A stretch of DNA of 64,000 nt from Candidatus Atabeyarchaeum deiterrae (GCA_037310415.1 CP147780.1:640001-704000); one strand, 5' to 3'. Counted from the first letter of the stretch, positions 39,621 through 49,987 are shown. The notes: generated by a model from the sequence alone, not told the origin. Numbers and translations: made by a program.

Positions 39621-39713
39621 GCCGCCGTAGCTCAGTCGGTCAGAGCGCCAGCCTTGTAATGCACCAGACATGACAGTTGGTGGTCGCGAGTTCGACTCTC
39701 GCCGGCGGCTCCA
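39621..39713 (+). tRNA. tRNA-Thr(TGT) with a 16-nt 37/38 intron (39659-39674)
   Basis: GCCGCCG/CGGCGGC-TCCA; anticodon arm CCAGC-CTTGTAA-GTTGG after excision. Confidence 0.93.
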
Positions 39714-39719
39714 AAATTA

Positions 39720-40943
39720 CTACTCCTGCTTGGTTCTCTTAACGGCTCGGTAAAGGGCTTCGAGCCCAGGTAGCTTCTGTCCAGCTAGCATTGCCATAGT
39801 AGCTCCCCCGCCGGTGCTAACGTAACCCATCGACTTATCGAGATTTTCTTCCTTGGCTAAGACAGCCAAATGTCCTCCTCCGATAACGGAGAAACCCTTT
39901 GACTGTGCTATCGCCTCTAGGATCTCTTGCGTTCCCTTAGAAAAGTTTCTATTTTCAAAGACTCCGGCCGGTCCATTTGCAAGAATTGTCTTTGCCTTCG
40001 CTATTATGTCCACGTATTCCTTAATGGTGTTTTCTCCTATGTCCATCACAGTAGCATCCTTGGGCATTCTGTCAACTCGAACTTCAACTCGTTTTTGCTC
40101 GATGGCTACGGCAACATCCTTGGGGAGCATTATTATATCCCTGTACTTCTCTAATAGGTCCTTAGCTTGTTTCTTGAGCGATTCGAAATCCTTCAGATTT
40201 CCCCTGCTGCTCTCGCCAAGGCTTACACCCGACGCTTCGAGAAAAACGATGGCCATAAGCCCTGCCAGGAGAACCTTGTCAACCTTTTTCCTCTCCAGTA
40301 TGCTGGATAGAATCTTGATCTTGTCTGACACCTTTGCTCCTCCCAGTACCACAACACTTGGTCTATCAGGTTCATAGAGCACTCTGTTGAGCGCCTTTAG
40401 TTCCCTTTCCATCGATCTACCCGCAGCAGAAGGTAGAACCTCAGGGAATCCGACCATTGAGGCTTGGGCACGGTGTGCCGCTGGATAAGCGTCATTCACA
40501 AACAAATCAAAGAGAGGTGAGAGTCTCTTGACGAGATGAGTCTTGGCGAATAGCTCTGGTGTCCCTTCCATGATTTCTTCGGAGAGAAATCTGGCGTTGT
40601 CCAGCAGAAGTACATCGCCGTTCTTGAGTTTTTGAATGGCCTCTAGGGCTGTTGGTCCTATAATATCCTCGACGAATTTCAATCGATTTCCCAAATACTT
40701 CTTTAATGCTTGTGCATGAGATTTCATTGATGTAAAATCGGCTTCTCCGGGTCTACCTTGATGTGACAGAATGGCAACTCTGGCCTTTTCTAGATCTTTC
40801 AACGTGTCGAGGATGGCTACTATCCTTGAATCGTCTAATATCTGATCCGTTCCGGGTTTCATTGGCGAATTTATGTCAACCCTTACGAGGACTTTTTTTG
40901 AATCGACTTCCACGTCATCCAAAGTCAAGAATTTCAAACTCAT
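39720..40943 (-). CDS. pgk: Phosphoglycerate kinase
   Basis: RVDINSP, SHQGRPG, LGGAKVSD, NGPAGVFE, VSTGGGA. Confidence 0.97.
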   Translation of the reverse strand: MSLKFLTLDDVEVDSKKVLVRVDINSPMKPGTDQILDDSRIVAILDTLKDLEKARVAILSHQGRPGEADFTSMKSHAQALKKYLGNRLKFVEDIIGPTALEAIQKLKNGDVLLLDNARFLSEEIMEGTPELFAKTHLVKRLSPLFDLFVNDAYPAAHRAQASMVGFPEVLPSAAGRSMERELKALNRVLYEPDRPSVVVLGGAKVSDKIKILSSILERKKVDKVLLAGLMAIVFLEASGVSLGESSRGNLKDFESLKKQAKDLLEKYRDIIMLPKDVAVAIEQKRVEVRVDRMPKDATVMDIGENTIKEYVDIIAKAKTILANGPAGVFENRNFSKGTQEILEAIAQSKGFSVIGGGHLAVLAKEENLDKSMGYVSTGGGATMAMLAGQKLPGLEALYRAVKRTKQE

Positions 40944-41046
40944 ACTGCTATCCCTCCTAGCTCTGATTTACAAATAGTCAGCTTAAAAGCTTTCTACTTT
41001 CTGTGGATTGAGGATCGTTGAGACAATTCGTGATGCGGATCCGCAT

Positions 41047-41613
41047 TCAAGAGTTTTGGTCAGCAAGTTGCCAGTTGGAAGAGAGCTGAAGTTGGTGCTT
41101 AACTTCTTCGATCGTTTTTCTCATGTTTTCCCAATGCCCACCGACCCAGTAAATCTTGCCACAGTTCTTGCAGACCCAAAACTCTTTGTTTTCTTCTATA
41201 ACCTTTGATGGAATCTTACCAACAATCTTGCTCTTGTCGGTGGCCCCTTCTATTTCTCCATTGCAGAGCGGGCACCTGGACAATGTTGGATCAAGATTCA
41301 TTTCAAGTTCGTAAACCGTGACCAAATGCGCAAGTCGTTTAACAAGGGTGTCGGGTCTAAGAAGAAGTGAGACAATGCCCTTCTTCAGAGCTTTCTTATG
41401 GAGACTCTGGTCACATGTTAGCAACACTCGATTCTCGCTCCTTGACTGCTCAATTAGGTCCTCGTCATCAAGATCTTTTGAATAGTGAGTATCATAGCCC
41501 AGAAGACGGAGCCAACGTGCCAAGTCACCCAACATTTGATCAACAAGAAAGCTGGGAGCGACCCGTTTTTCCATGTCAAAACGCCTTGTTAATAGCTTGA
41601 CTCCGTTTTTCAC
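41047..41613 (-). CDS. Mut7-C RNase (PIN + Zn ribbon) protein
   Basis: DQMLGDLARWLRLLGYD, RCPLCNG, CKNCGKIYWVGGH. Confidence 0.9.
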   Translation of the reverse strand: MKNGVKLLTRRFDMEKRVAPSFLVDQMLGDLARWLRLLGYDTHYSKDLDDEDLIEQSRSENRVLLTCDQSLHKKALKKGIVSLLLRPDTLVKRLAHLVTVYELEMNLDPTLSRCPLCNGEIEGATDKSKIVGKIPSKVIEENKEFWVCKNCGKIYWVGGHWENMRKTIEEVKHQLQLSSNWQLADQNS

Positions 41614-42959
41614 GGCGCTAAAGGTACTGCAACGTGCTTTACTATTCTCCCGCTTCCAGGTTTACCAATGATTTCGCCATCTTGCATTACTGGAATTCCA
41701 TTTACGATGGTTAAAACTGGAATTCCTTTTACCAGTCGCCCCTCGAAAGGCGTGTACTTCGCCTTAGAGTGAAATGACTGCGCGTCTATCGTTTTCTCCT
41801 TTGCCAGGTCTACCAGTGTGAGATCTGCGTTATAGCCTTCTGAGATCTTCCCTATATTCTTCAAGTTGAAGGATCTTGAGGGGTTCTCTGACATTGTCTG
41901 AACAATTCTCTTCAGAGTTATTCTTCCTTTTGTCATCTCTGTAAGGATAAGTGAAAGCATCGTTTCAAGACCAGGGATTCCAGACGGCGCATCGGCGAAT
42001 CCTTCGTCTTTTTCTACGTTTGCATGTGGGGCGTGATCGCTCGCAATTATGTCGATGGCTCCACTCGTAAGTCCTCGCATCAGACTATCGCAGTCCCTCT
42101 TTGTTCTGAGCGGTGGAACCATTTTTGCATACGACCCGAAGTGATAAAGCTCTTCATCCGATAGAAGAAGATGATGGGGTGTTACTTCAGTGGTCAATGG
42201 GACTTGTCTGCCTTTTTCACCGTTTATTATATTGAGCGCCATTTCCGTACTCAGATGACAAATGTGAATGTGAACGCTGGACTCTCTAGCCGCCTTAGCG
42301 CACATCGACACAGCGTCGACTTCAAGCTGTGGGGCATGTGATGAGACGAAATGCCGTATTTCGCCGTCGAGGTTGCTTGGTTCTCTTTTCTCTCTCTGCT
42401 CGTGTTGGAACTCGGCATGTATTGCCACTAGACAGTCGCTGGATTTCATTAATCTCAGTGATCTTGTTAGCATCGGCTCCTTTCTGAAGGAATCATACTG
42501 TGGATCATTCAGGTAGAGTTTGAACCCTACGGCTCCCTCCTCCATTATTTTACTTGCTTCATTTGGTTCCAGCGGGAACGCTCCAAAGAAGCCCACGTTG
42601 GAGTATATCATGTTGGAGGCCTTGCTAATTTTTTCCCTCAGCCTTTCCGCATTTGTTGTTGGCGGAAATGTATTAGGCATATCTAGTACCGTTGTAACGC
42701 CGCCGATCACGGCTGCCTCCGTACCAGATGAGAAATCCTCTTTGTAGGAGAGATTCATGTCTCTGAGATGAACGTGAACATCGACCACTCCTGGAAGCAT
42801 CAGCATCTTTCGGGAGTCTATTGTTGTGTCCGATGGGGGAAGGTTAGGGTCCTTGGCTATTCGCACTATCTTTCCTTTGTCGACGGCAACGCCTGCTTCG
42901 ACTATGCCATTCTCAAGGAAGATCTTTGAATTTACAATCTTCAATTCGACTCTTCTCAT
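41610..42959 (-). CDS. pyrC: Dihydroorotase (amidohydrolase family)
   Basis: DVHVHLRD, DMPNT, EVTPHHL, SDHAPH. Confidence 0.85.
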   Translation of the reverse strand: MRRVELKIVNSKIFLENGIVEAGVAVDKGKIVRIAKDPNLPPSDTTIDSRKMLMLPGVVDVHVHLRDMNLSYKEDFSSGTEAAVIGGVTTVLDMPNTFPPTTNAERLREKISKASNMIYSNVGFFGAFPLEPNEASKIMEEGAVGFKLYLNDPQYDSFRKEPMLTRSLRLMKSSDCLVAIHAEFQHEQREKREPSNLDGEIRHFVSSHAPQLEVDAVSMCAKAARESSVHIHICHLSTEMALNIINGEKGRQVPLTTEVTPHHLLLSDEELYHFGSYAKMVPPLRTKRDCDSLMRGLTSGAIDIIASDHAPHANVEKDEGFADAPSGIPGLETMLSLILTEMTKGRITLKRIVQTMSENPSRSFNLKNIGKISEGYNADLTLVDLAKEKTIDAQSFHSKAKYTPFEGRLVKGIPVLTIVNGIPVMQDGEIIGKPGSGRIVKHVAVPLAP

Positions 42960-42993
42960 GTGAGGCCTTCCGCGAAGAACGAGTTCAGTATGA

Positions 42994-43797
42994 CTAGACT
43001 TCTAATCTATTGGAGACCAACTGAGTCAGATTTGTTTTTGTGATTACGCCTACCAGTCTATTGTTATAGTCCAAGACTGGTAATCCCTTTAATCGTTCCT
43101 CAATCATCAGCTTGGCTGCGTCTTTGATCTTTGAATCGGGTTTGCAGAACGGGGGAGTTGACCTCATTGCGCTACTCACAGTACCCTGCCGGATTTGTCT
43201 GTCTACGTGTTTTCCGTCAGTCTTGTCCACTATATTGAACATGGCTAAAGCTATTAATCCATCCGTAATCAACCCGACCAACTTTCCTCCATCGATTACT
43301 GGGAGTAGGTTCAGATTCTTCTCGAGAAGAAGTCTCCCAACATTCACTAGCCGCGTATTTGGAGATGTTGTTGTTGGATTCTTTGTCATGACTTGGCCTA
43401 CATAGATGTTATCGACCTTAAGACATAGTTTCAGCATTCTCGTCTTGGTTATGATCCCCACGAACCGGTCTTCTTTTGTTATGACAGGTAAGCAGCTTAC
43501 ATTATGGGCCACCATTTCCTTGGCTGCCTCTGTAACGTCTGCTTCCTGTGATATTGTCATCGGATTGGAGGTCATTATGCTTGAGACTCGGATGCTGGAT
43601 GATGAGAGTCCAGTTGCCCTTCCGGAAGATAGTTTTGCCACTATATCTCTTTCGGTAATAATGCCAACTAAGACACCCTTGTCCAAGACTGGGAGACGAG
43701 ATATTCTGTTTTTTCTCATCAAGTCTATGGCAAATGAGACCGACTGGTCCTTATCGATCACTATAGGGTTCTGAATCATCAACTTTTTGACTAACAT
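42994..43797 (-). CDS. Four-CBS-domain protein
   Basis: Four LPV...LVGIIT repeats. Confidence 0.88.
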   Translation of the reverse strand: MLVKKLMIQNPIVIDKDQSVSFAIDLMRKNRISRLPVLDKGVLVGIITERDIVAKLSSGRATGLSSSSIRVSSIMTSNPMTISQEADVTEAAKEMVAHNVSCLPVITKEDRFVGIITKTRMLKLCLKVDNIYVGQVMTKNPTTTSPNTRLVNVGRLLLEKNLNLLPVIDGGKLVGLITDGLIALAMFNIVDKTDGKHVDRQIRQGTVSSAMRSTPPFCKPDSKIKDAAKLMIEERLKGLPVLDYNNRLVGVITKTNLTQLVSNRLEV

Positions 43798-43937
43798 CTT
43801 GTGTCTCCCTCCTCCTCATCGATGAGTTCATTATTCCCTCAAGTAGATTGATATCGGTTTTCTTATTTAAGACTGACATATGACAAGAGATTGCCCGGTC
43901 CTGTGAGTTCCGCTTGGTTGACAGATTAATGGATTGG

Positions 43938-45935
43938 TTAGTTTGTTATGCGAGATCCTCCAGAAGGCAATAATAGGAGGAACTCATCCAATGGAATTTT
44001 CTGAAGTCGTTGCCTTGCTTCTGGTTCAACTAGTCTAAGTAGTCTTTCTTTAATATCATGAGCCAGCTTCGACCTAGATTCCTCCCCCGGTGTCAATTCG
44101 ATCTTGACGTTAGCCCTCTTAGCTACGGAAGATGGAGGGCCTGCTACTACTACAGCATACCCATCTTCATCGATTACACCTATTGAAATCTTTAGCTGTA
44201 TCCCCTTCGCATAGGTTCGCTCTCCTCTGACCATGAATGAACCCTTTTCTAAGTACTCTCCTGAAGGAGGGGAGAGAGAGACTTGTTCACCCTTAACCCA
44301 ATATGCCTCGCCTGCCACAGTCCCAAGTTTCCACAGCTTGCTATATGAGACCGAGAATTGGCAGGCTTCGGCAAGGGTAGTCTCTGGAACGTCCTTTCCC
44401 TCAGATTTGACAATGACAACGGGTGCGCCATGAACATCAGCGTGCACAAATATGTCGTTAGGTTCCATCCTTTTCTTAACGATAATTTCATTGGTCTTTG
44501 CATCACGTCCTCCTATTATCAAGAAGTCGTCTGAGGACACAAACCACCTGTATCGTTCATACCAATTCTTGGCGCGTTTCTTTCTGAGAGTTTCTTCAGT
44601 GACCGATGCCTCTTGTCTCTGTTGTTGCTTTAACTTCATCTGGGCATTCTGTAGCGCTACCTCAGCACCCTTCCTCTTGGATCCCGCTTTTTTTGCGGTC
44701 TCGTAGAACCTTGAAGCGTTTTCCGTGGCGGGCAGACGTATGTCGAGGGTGATCCTCTCGCTATTGAGTTCTAATGTCAGGGTTCCTTCCTTTTCATTAA
44801 GAGAGTCAATACTGTTTAATGATCCGCTCCCTTCTTCTCTTGCTTTTCTGACCCTTTCTTTTATTTCTTGCCACGCTATTCCCTTTCTTCTATCTGTTGT
44901 TATTGTATAGAGTATTTCTTCGACGAGTCGTAAGTTTGAATAGACTAGGTCACCAAGCCTCCTGCTTTTCTTCTCGAGCTCCTCAGATTCCAAGATCTTC
45001 TTTTTCTGTTCATTAATGGTAATCTCAATTTCTCCGATTTCTTTGGTGTATTCGCTTGTGCTCAGATCTTTTCCAGCAGCGACTTCGACTGTGCTAAAGA
45101 ATTCGTCTAGCGCATCGTTGTAGGTTTCGGTTTTCTTAATTGGCAAGCCCTCAAATACCTTCAACTGGAATGGAGCCGTTGACAGAGGTCTGCCTTGCTG
45201 GTCGAACACTATTTGGTGATCATATGGACCCTTTGCAAGCTTGCTTACCATAAGCCTTATCGCTTCAAGTACTTTTGTTGTTTCTCCTCTGGTGAGCTGC
45301 CTAGATTTTAGGCCTTTTTCTATGCTTGCCAATGCGCACATCTCTTCAGCATAAATCGGATCCATGTTGAGTTTGCTTGCTAGCGTCTCAGCAAGACCAC
45401 CAGATGAGGAACTAAGTATTGATGCTATCTCATCCTCGGTTAGATTCATCAAGTCGGTTCCTCTAAGTGGTGGCGGGGCGAATTGCTCCTTCGGCTTGAT
45501 AGATCGATCTTTCATTATTCTGTAGTGCCTTGCCTGAACTATTCTATTCTCTTGGTCACAGAGAATCAGGTTGCCTTCACCAAACAATTCGACTACGAGT
45601 GTGAATTTCTCCGAGTGAAGACTGATCGTTATTATTACGATCCTGTCAAGATCATGTTGGGCAAGATTCTCGATGTGAGCGTTTCTGATATGCTTTCTGA
45701 GCGCGGCACAGAAGTTGGTTGGGGTTTTTGGCATGACCTTCTCATATTGAGTCAAATGTACTCTGCGTCCCGGTTCGACTAAGAGTGTCTTCTCCCCTGA
45801 TCTGGTATTTAGTTTAAATAGGAAAACCTCTTTAATCTGGTAGATGTTGCTGATCCATCCATCTGTAACAAATTGGTTTATTTCGTTTAGCAAAACAGCT
45901 ATATCGAAGTTAGACATAGAACGCTTTGATCTCAT
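43938..45935 (-). CDS. rqcH: Ribosome quality control factor Rqc2/NEMF (NFACT)
   Basis: LDRIV, ELFGEGNLIL, WYERYRWF...GGRDA..NE, GEYLEKGSF. Confidence 0.93.
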   Translation of the reverse strand: MRSKRSMSNFDIAVLLNEINQFVTDGWISNIYQIKEVFLFKLNTRSGEKTLLVEPGRRVHLTQYEKVMPKTPTNFCAALRKHIRNAHIENLAQHDLDRIVIITISLHSEKFTLVVELFGEGNLILCDQENRIVQARHYRIMKDRSIKPKEQFAPPPLRGTDLMNLTEDEIASILSSSSGGLAETLASKLNMDPIYAEEMCALASIEKGLKSRQLTRGETTKVLEAIRLMVSKLAKGPYDHQIVFDQQGRPLSTAPFQLKVFEGLPIKKTETYNDALDEFFSTVEVAAGKDLSTSEYTKEIGEIEITINEQKKKILESEELEKKSRRLGDLVYSNLRLVEEILYTITTDRRKGIAWQEIKERVRKAREEGSGSLNSIDSLNEKEGTLTLELNSERITLDIRLPATENASRFYETAKKAGSKRKGAEVALQNAQMKLKQQQRQEASVTEETLRKKRAKNWYERYRWFVSSDDFLIIGGRDAKTNEIIVKKRMEPNDIFVHADVHGAPVVIVKSEGKDVPETTLAEACQFSVSYSKLWKLGTVAGEAYWVKGEQVSLSPPSGEYLEKGSFMVRGERTYAKGIQLKISIGVIDEDGYAVVVAGPPSSVAKRANVKIELTPGEESRSKLAHDIKERLLRLVEPEARQRLQKIPLDEFLLLLPSGGSRITN

Positions 45936-45971
45936 ATTGTGACTATACTCCTTCAGGAGAGCATTCTTGAC

Positions 45972-46250
45972 ATGAACAATGAAGACAAGCTTTACTGGTT
46001 GAAAGCAATATTCGCGCTGATTGCAGCCCTAGTTTGCTCGTCGACCCCTATTCTTCTGGGTAAATGGGGTATTATCGCGAGTCTGTTGATATACTTAGCT
46101 ACGTACCCCGTTGGCGTCTACGTGTTGAAGGTTGAACCATCAAAAGTGGGGGGATGGAAAAGAATGCTATACTCTGGATTGATTACTTATCTCTTCATTT
46201 TCACGGCAATATGGGGCACCGTATTTACTTTGATGTACCCTTGGAGCTAA
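45972..46250 (+). CDS. Small 3-TM protein, EMC6/Rab5ip-like
   Basis: LYWLK...GLITYLFIFTAIWGTVFTL recalls the EMC6 C-terminal helix. Confidence 0.6.
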   Translation: MNNEDKLYWLKAIFALIAALVCSSTPILLGKWGIIASLLIYLATYPVGVYVLKVEPSKVGGWKRMLYSGLITYLFIFTAIWGTVFTLMYPWS

Positions 46251-46369
46251 ACGAAACGTTGTGAAACTTCGATTCCTGCAATCGATCACGAAAAACTTAA
46301 TAGTCTAAATAACAAAATGAGTTATCTGTTGTTATTTTCCCAAAACAAGAGGGCGAAGGGTGAAGAAGA

Positions 46370-46924
46370 GTGGAATTGGACGAGTTAGACAAAAAGATTA
46401 TAGCAATACTTCAAGAAGATTCCCGTGTTCCGTTCACAAAGATCTCAGATATCCTCAAGGTTCCTGATACTACAGTCCACTTTAGGGTAAGGAAGCTAAG
46501 AGAAAACAATGTTATCAAGGCCTTTACCGTTCTGATACCTTCCTCAAGTCTAGGTTACGAAACCTTTGCTCTTGTTCGGATCAGCGTTGGAGGGCACATA
46601 ATTCCCAGCATAAGCATAAAGCGAGCTGAGGAGATAACTAGTTCGCTGCGCAGCAACTCCAATATACGTATGCTGGCTTCTGGCGAGGGCGGGACGTCAA
46701 TCTATGCACTAGTTGTTGCCCGAAACAATTTTGAGCTCGATAGAATTCTCTCAAGACTTCGAAGTGACCCTGATGTACTCGATCTGAACGTGTGGAGGAT
46801 ATCAAAGCTGATCAAAGGAGAAGAGCTAGTAAGCCCTCCAACTGAGGGTTTCAAAGAGGTTCTTGATAGAAGCTCTGCAGTAGGCGAAACAAAGGCTCAA
46901 GAAGAGGTTGTTAAAGCGGTATAA
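46370..46924 (+). CDS. Lrp/AsnC family regulator
   Basis: LDELDKKIIAILQEDSRVPF...TVHFRVRKL. Confidence 0.9.
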   Translation: MELDELDKKIIAILQEDSRVPFTKISDILKVPDTTVHFRVRKLRENNVIKAFTVLIPSSSLGYETFALVRISVGGHIIPSISIKRAEEITSSLRSNSNIRMLASGEGGTSIYALVVARNNFELDRILSRLRSDPDVLDLNVWRISKLIKGEELVSPPTEGFKEVLDRSSAVGETKAQEEVVKAV

Positions 46925-46952
46925 GGAACAATAGTGACTGAGAGGAAGGAGA

Positions 46953-47684
46953 TTGTCCGCGCCACGTGTGAACACCGGAATACCTGGACTTGATAGCATA
47001 CTGCATGGAGGGTTCATAGAAGGAACAAACATACTCGTTCTCGGTGGGACAGGAACGGGGAAGACGATATTTTGCATGCAGTATCTGTATAACGGCGCAA
47101 CCCTATACAATGAGCACGGAGTCTTCGTCACGTTTGAAGAGAGACCGAAGGAGCTAAGGCTGGAAGCCAAGCAATTCAACTGGGATCTCAGGAAACTTGA
47201 AGAAGAGAATAAACTCGTCATAATCGATGCGGCGTCAAGCAAGGCGGGAATTCCATCTGACGAAGAGTATGCGATTCGTCGCGAGCTTGACATGAATATT
47301 CTTGCACAGGAGATTTACCGTGCGACGAGGAAGGTTGACGCTCAGAGGGTCGCAATTGATTCCCTTTCCGCTATAGGAATCAAGTTTGATGACGCAACGT
47401 CGGTGAGAACGGCCATTTACAAATTATCAAGCCTCCTAAGAGAACTTAACGTTACCTCCATAATGACTAGCGAGATGACGCATGAATCTGGGCAGTTGTC
47501 TAGGTTCGGAGTTGAAGAATACATCGCTCAAGGAGTTGTGGTGCTCTACCTCAGAGAAGAAGACGGGGAGTTGAGAAGATCACTCGTGGCCCAGAAGCTC
47601 AGAGCAAGTTCACACTCGCTAAGAAGGTATCCATTCGAGGTAAGTTCCAGAGGAATCACTGTGATGCCTGGAGGAGGACTCTGA
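46953..47684 (+). CDS. KaiC-like RecA-superfamily ATPase
   Basis: TGIPGLD..LHGG, GGTGTGKT, TFEE, IDSLS, QKLR. Confidence 0.9.
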   Translation: MSAPRVNTGIPGLDSILHGGFIEGTNILVLGGTGTGKTIFCMQYLYNGATLYNEHGVFVTFEERPKELRLEAKQFNWDLRKLEEENKLVIIDAASSKAGIPSDEEYAIRRELDMNILAQEIYRATRKVDAQRVAIDSLSAIGIKFDDATSVRTAIYKLSSLLRELNVTSIMTSEMTHESGQLSRFGVEEYIAQGVVVLYLREEDGELRRSLVAQKLRASSHSLRRYPFEVSSRGITVMPGGGL

Positions 47685-47692
47685 GAGTGCTT

Positions 47693-48463
47693 CTAGATCA
47701 CGGAAGTAGGTTTTCCCGTTCTAAGTAGGGTTTCCTCGTCCTTGAGTATTCCACGCCTGAGGTATTCCTTGAGTCCTGGTGTTAAGAGCGGCTTTTTCCT
47801 CACTGCGGGATAAGCGAAGGGGAGGCAATTAGCATAGCGCTTACTGATAGTTATCTCGATCCCTAGTCTTATGGGTATATCAGTGATGGGTTTGCCTGAT
47901 GCTACCCGTAAAGCAACGAATACAGCACCATCTACAGAGAATTGATGTGGTCCCAGGTTGCGGCTTAACCAGTCTGGAAGTTTTTCTGTCAAATCATGTC
48001 TCGTTCTCCCTCTGGGTGGATGATCCCCCAGAATACCTCCCACTAAGAGGCTCGTATCATTGGCGAAATCCCCTGGAGACAATGGCGTCGGAGATTGTGG
48101 ATCAAGAATAATCATACCCCCCTTCGTGCTTCTCTTCAGGTCGACTATGCTCTTGTGGGAAACCTTTCCTATTGTACTCAACTTCTTTGCCTCATTCGCT
48201 TTCTTGACATTCGTGAAAAGCAGATTTTCATAGCCAGCTATCTTTGAGATGTGACTGTACTCTAGCCAAATCCATTTTCCGAGGATCGGCTCGAGGTGCT
48301 CTATTACTATGCAAACCTTCCTAGCATGCCTCTTAACATCGTGCAGAAGGTTCATCGCCAAATCGTCCCTTCTATGTGATCTGGGGTTTTGGGTTTTCAA
48401 TTGAGAACCAGAGGTTTGCCATAATTTATAAGTCTGAGTAAGGGTTGATCTGATAAATAACAC
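47693..48463 (-). CDS. Sfm1-like SPOUT methyltransferase; start likely further downstream
   Basis: VIEHLE...W..LEY, GGILGDHPPRGRT, LGPHQFSVDGA. Confidence 0.85.
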   Translation of the reverse strand: MLFIRSTLTQTYKLWQTSGSQLKTQNPRSHRRDDLAMNLLHDVKRHARKVCIVIEHLEPILGKWIWLEYSHISKIAGYENLLFTNVKKANEAKKLSTIGKVSHKSIVDLKRSTKGGMIILDPQSPTPLSPGDFANDTSLLVGGILGDHPPRGRTRHDLTEKLPDWLSRNLGPHQFSVDGAVFVALRVASGKPITDIPIRLGIEITISKRYANCLPFAYPAVRKKPLLTPGLKEYLRRGILKDEETLLRTGKPTSVI

Positions 48464-48486
48464 TATTCTTGGAAGGGTGAACTGAA

Positions 48487-49374
48487 ATGGACTACTCGAA
48501 ATCGATCGAAGAGACAGGTCTAAAACTAATTTCTTTGGCAGTCACCGAACTTCCAAAGGATGTTCATAGCAAGTTGAAGAAAGCTTACGAAGAGGAGCAA
48601 AGCGAGATAGGGAGAACGCAGCTAAAGACTATCTTGGAGAACATTGAGTTAGCAGAGAAGTTGAAGTTGCCTATGTGTCAAGACACTGGGATCATCTCAT
48701 TCTATGTTAGAGCTGGACACGGGTTTCAGGGAATTAGCTTCGTAGAAGACGCGCTGACAAAGGCCCTTCGACGTGCGACCAATGAGATCCCTTTACGCCC
48801 CAATGTTGTTCATCCACTTAGCCGTGCGAATTCTGGAGACAATACTGGTCTAAGGGTTCCACATATCGAATGGGAAATGGACAAGAACATTGACTTCTTA
48901 GAGGTTACAGTTTTTCCAAAAGGAGCCGGGAGCGAGAACATGTGCTCCTTTAAGATGCTAAGGCCAGGAGAAGGCGTACTGGGTGTCAAGAAATTCGTCA
49001 TCGATACTGTTGTTGAAGCTGGAGGTCAGCCGTGTCCCCCGATTATCGTGGGTGTCGGAATAGGTGGAACGGCTGATGTTGTAATGAGCCTTGCAAAGAG
49101 ATCCTTGACTAGTCCGCTGGATGAGACTAATCCGGATACAGAAATCGCTTCGCTCGAGAAGGAGCTTTATGGATTGTTAAACCAGACAGGAATCGGCCCC
49201 CAAGGTCTGGGTGGGAAGTATACGACACTAGCGGTCAAGATACTTCATTCCTACTGCCATACAGCTTCCTTGCCTGTAGCCTGTGCGATCCAGTGCTGGG
49301 CAGCTAGGAAAGCATCAGCCAGACTGAGTAATGACGGTACCGTAAGTTATCTTACGCACAGTGTTTTGAGGTGA
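48487..49374 (+). CDS. Class I fumarate hydratase alpha subunit
   Basis: PMCQDTG, KGAGSEN, PCPP, GIGPQGLGG, QCWA. Confidence 0.92.
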   Translation: MDYSKSIEETGLKLISLAVTELPKDVHSKLKKAYEEEQSEIGRTQLKTILENIELAEKLKLPMCQDTGIISFYVRAGHGFQGISFVEDALTKALRRATNEIPLRPNVVHPLSRANSGDNTGLRVPHIEWEMDKNIDFLEVTVFPKGAGSENMCSFKMLRPGEGVLGVKKFVIDTVVEAGGQPCPPIIVGVGIGGTADVVMSLAKRSLTSPLDETNPDTEIASLEKELYGLLNQTGIGPQGLGGKYTTLAVKILHSYCHTASLPVACAIQCWAARKASARLSNDGTVSYLTHSVLR

Positions 49375-49378
49375 TCTC

Positions 49379-49987
49379 ATGGCGATCTTTGAGTTGAAAA
49401 CACCAATTTCAAGAGACGATGTGAAGAAACTGAATGTTGGTGATAATGTGTATTTGTCGGGAACGCTCGTGACGGCGCGAGACCAAGCCCATAGGCGTGC
49501 TCTACAATATGATAAAGAAGGAAAACAACTACCCTTGTCCCTGCAAGGATTAGCTCTTTACCACTGTGGTCCGATAGTTGCTGAGAAGAAAGGCGAGAGA
49601 GTTGTCATAGCAGCGGGCCCGACCACTAGCACCAGAATGGATCAATTTGAAGACCAGTTCATCCAGAAGTTTGGGATCAGGATCATAGTGGGCAAAGGGG
49701 GAATGGGTGAAAAAACCGTCAAAGCATGCGAAAAATTCGGAGCGGTTTACTGCTCTTTCACTGGTGGAGCAGCGCTAATCGCAAAGCAGGGGATCAAGAA
49801 GGTAAAGGGTGTAGAATGGTCAGATCTCGGCATGGCTGAGGCAATGTGGATCTTCGAGGTGGATAGGTTCGGACCAGTTGTCGTCACAATAGATGCAAAA
49901 GGTAACAGCCTACATGACCAAGTTGCCCGCGAGGTCCACAAAAATGTCCTGGCAATATATGAAAAACTCGGATTAAAGAGTTCATGA
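49379..49987 (+). CDS. Class I fumarate hydratase beta subunit
   Basis: TARDQAH, GPTTSTRM, GKGGM, DLGMAEA. Confidence 0.92.
   Translation: MAIFELKTPISRDDVKKLNVGDNVYLSGTLVTARDQAHRRALQYDKEGKQLPLSLQGLALYHCGPIVAEKKGERVVIAAGPTTSTRMDQFEDQFIQKFGIRIIVGKGGMGEKTVKACEKFGAVYCSFTGGAALIAKQGIKKVKGVEWSDLGMAEAMWIFEVDRFGPVVVTIDAKGNSLHDQVAREVHKNVLAIYEKLGLKSS

Noticed and set aside
28398-39630. ORFs 28398-28649, 28884-29069, 34112-34378, 34290-34505 and 39292-39630
   Set aside because: They overlap tRNA or SRP RNA genes and have no protein motifs.
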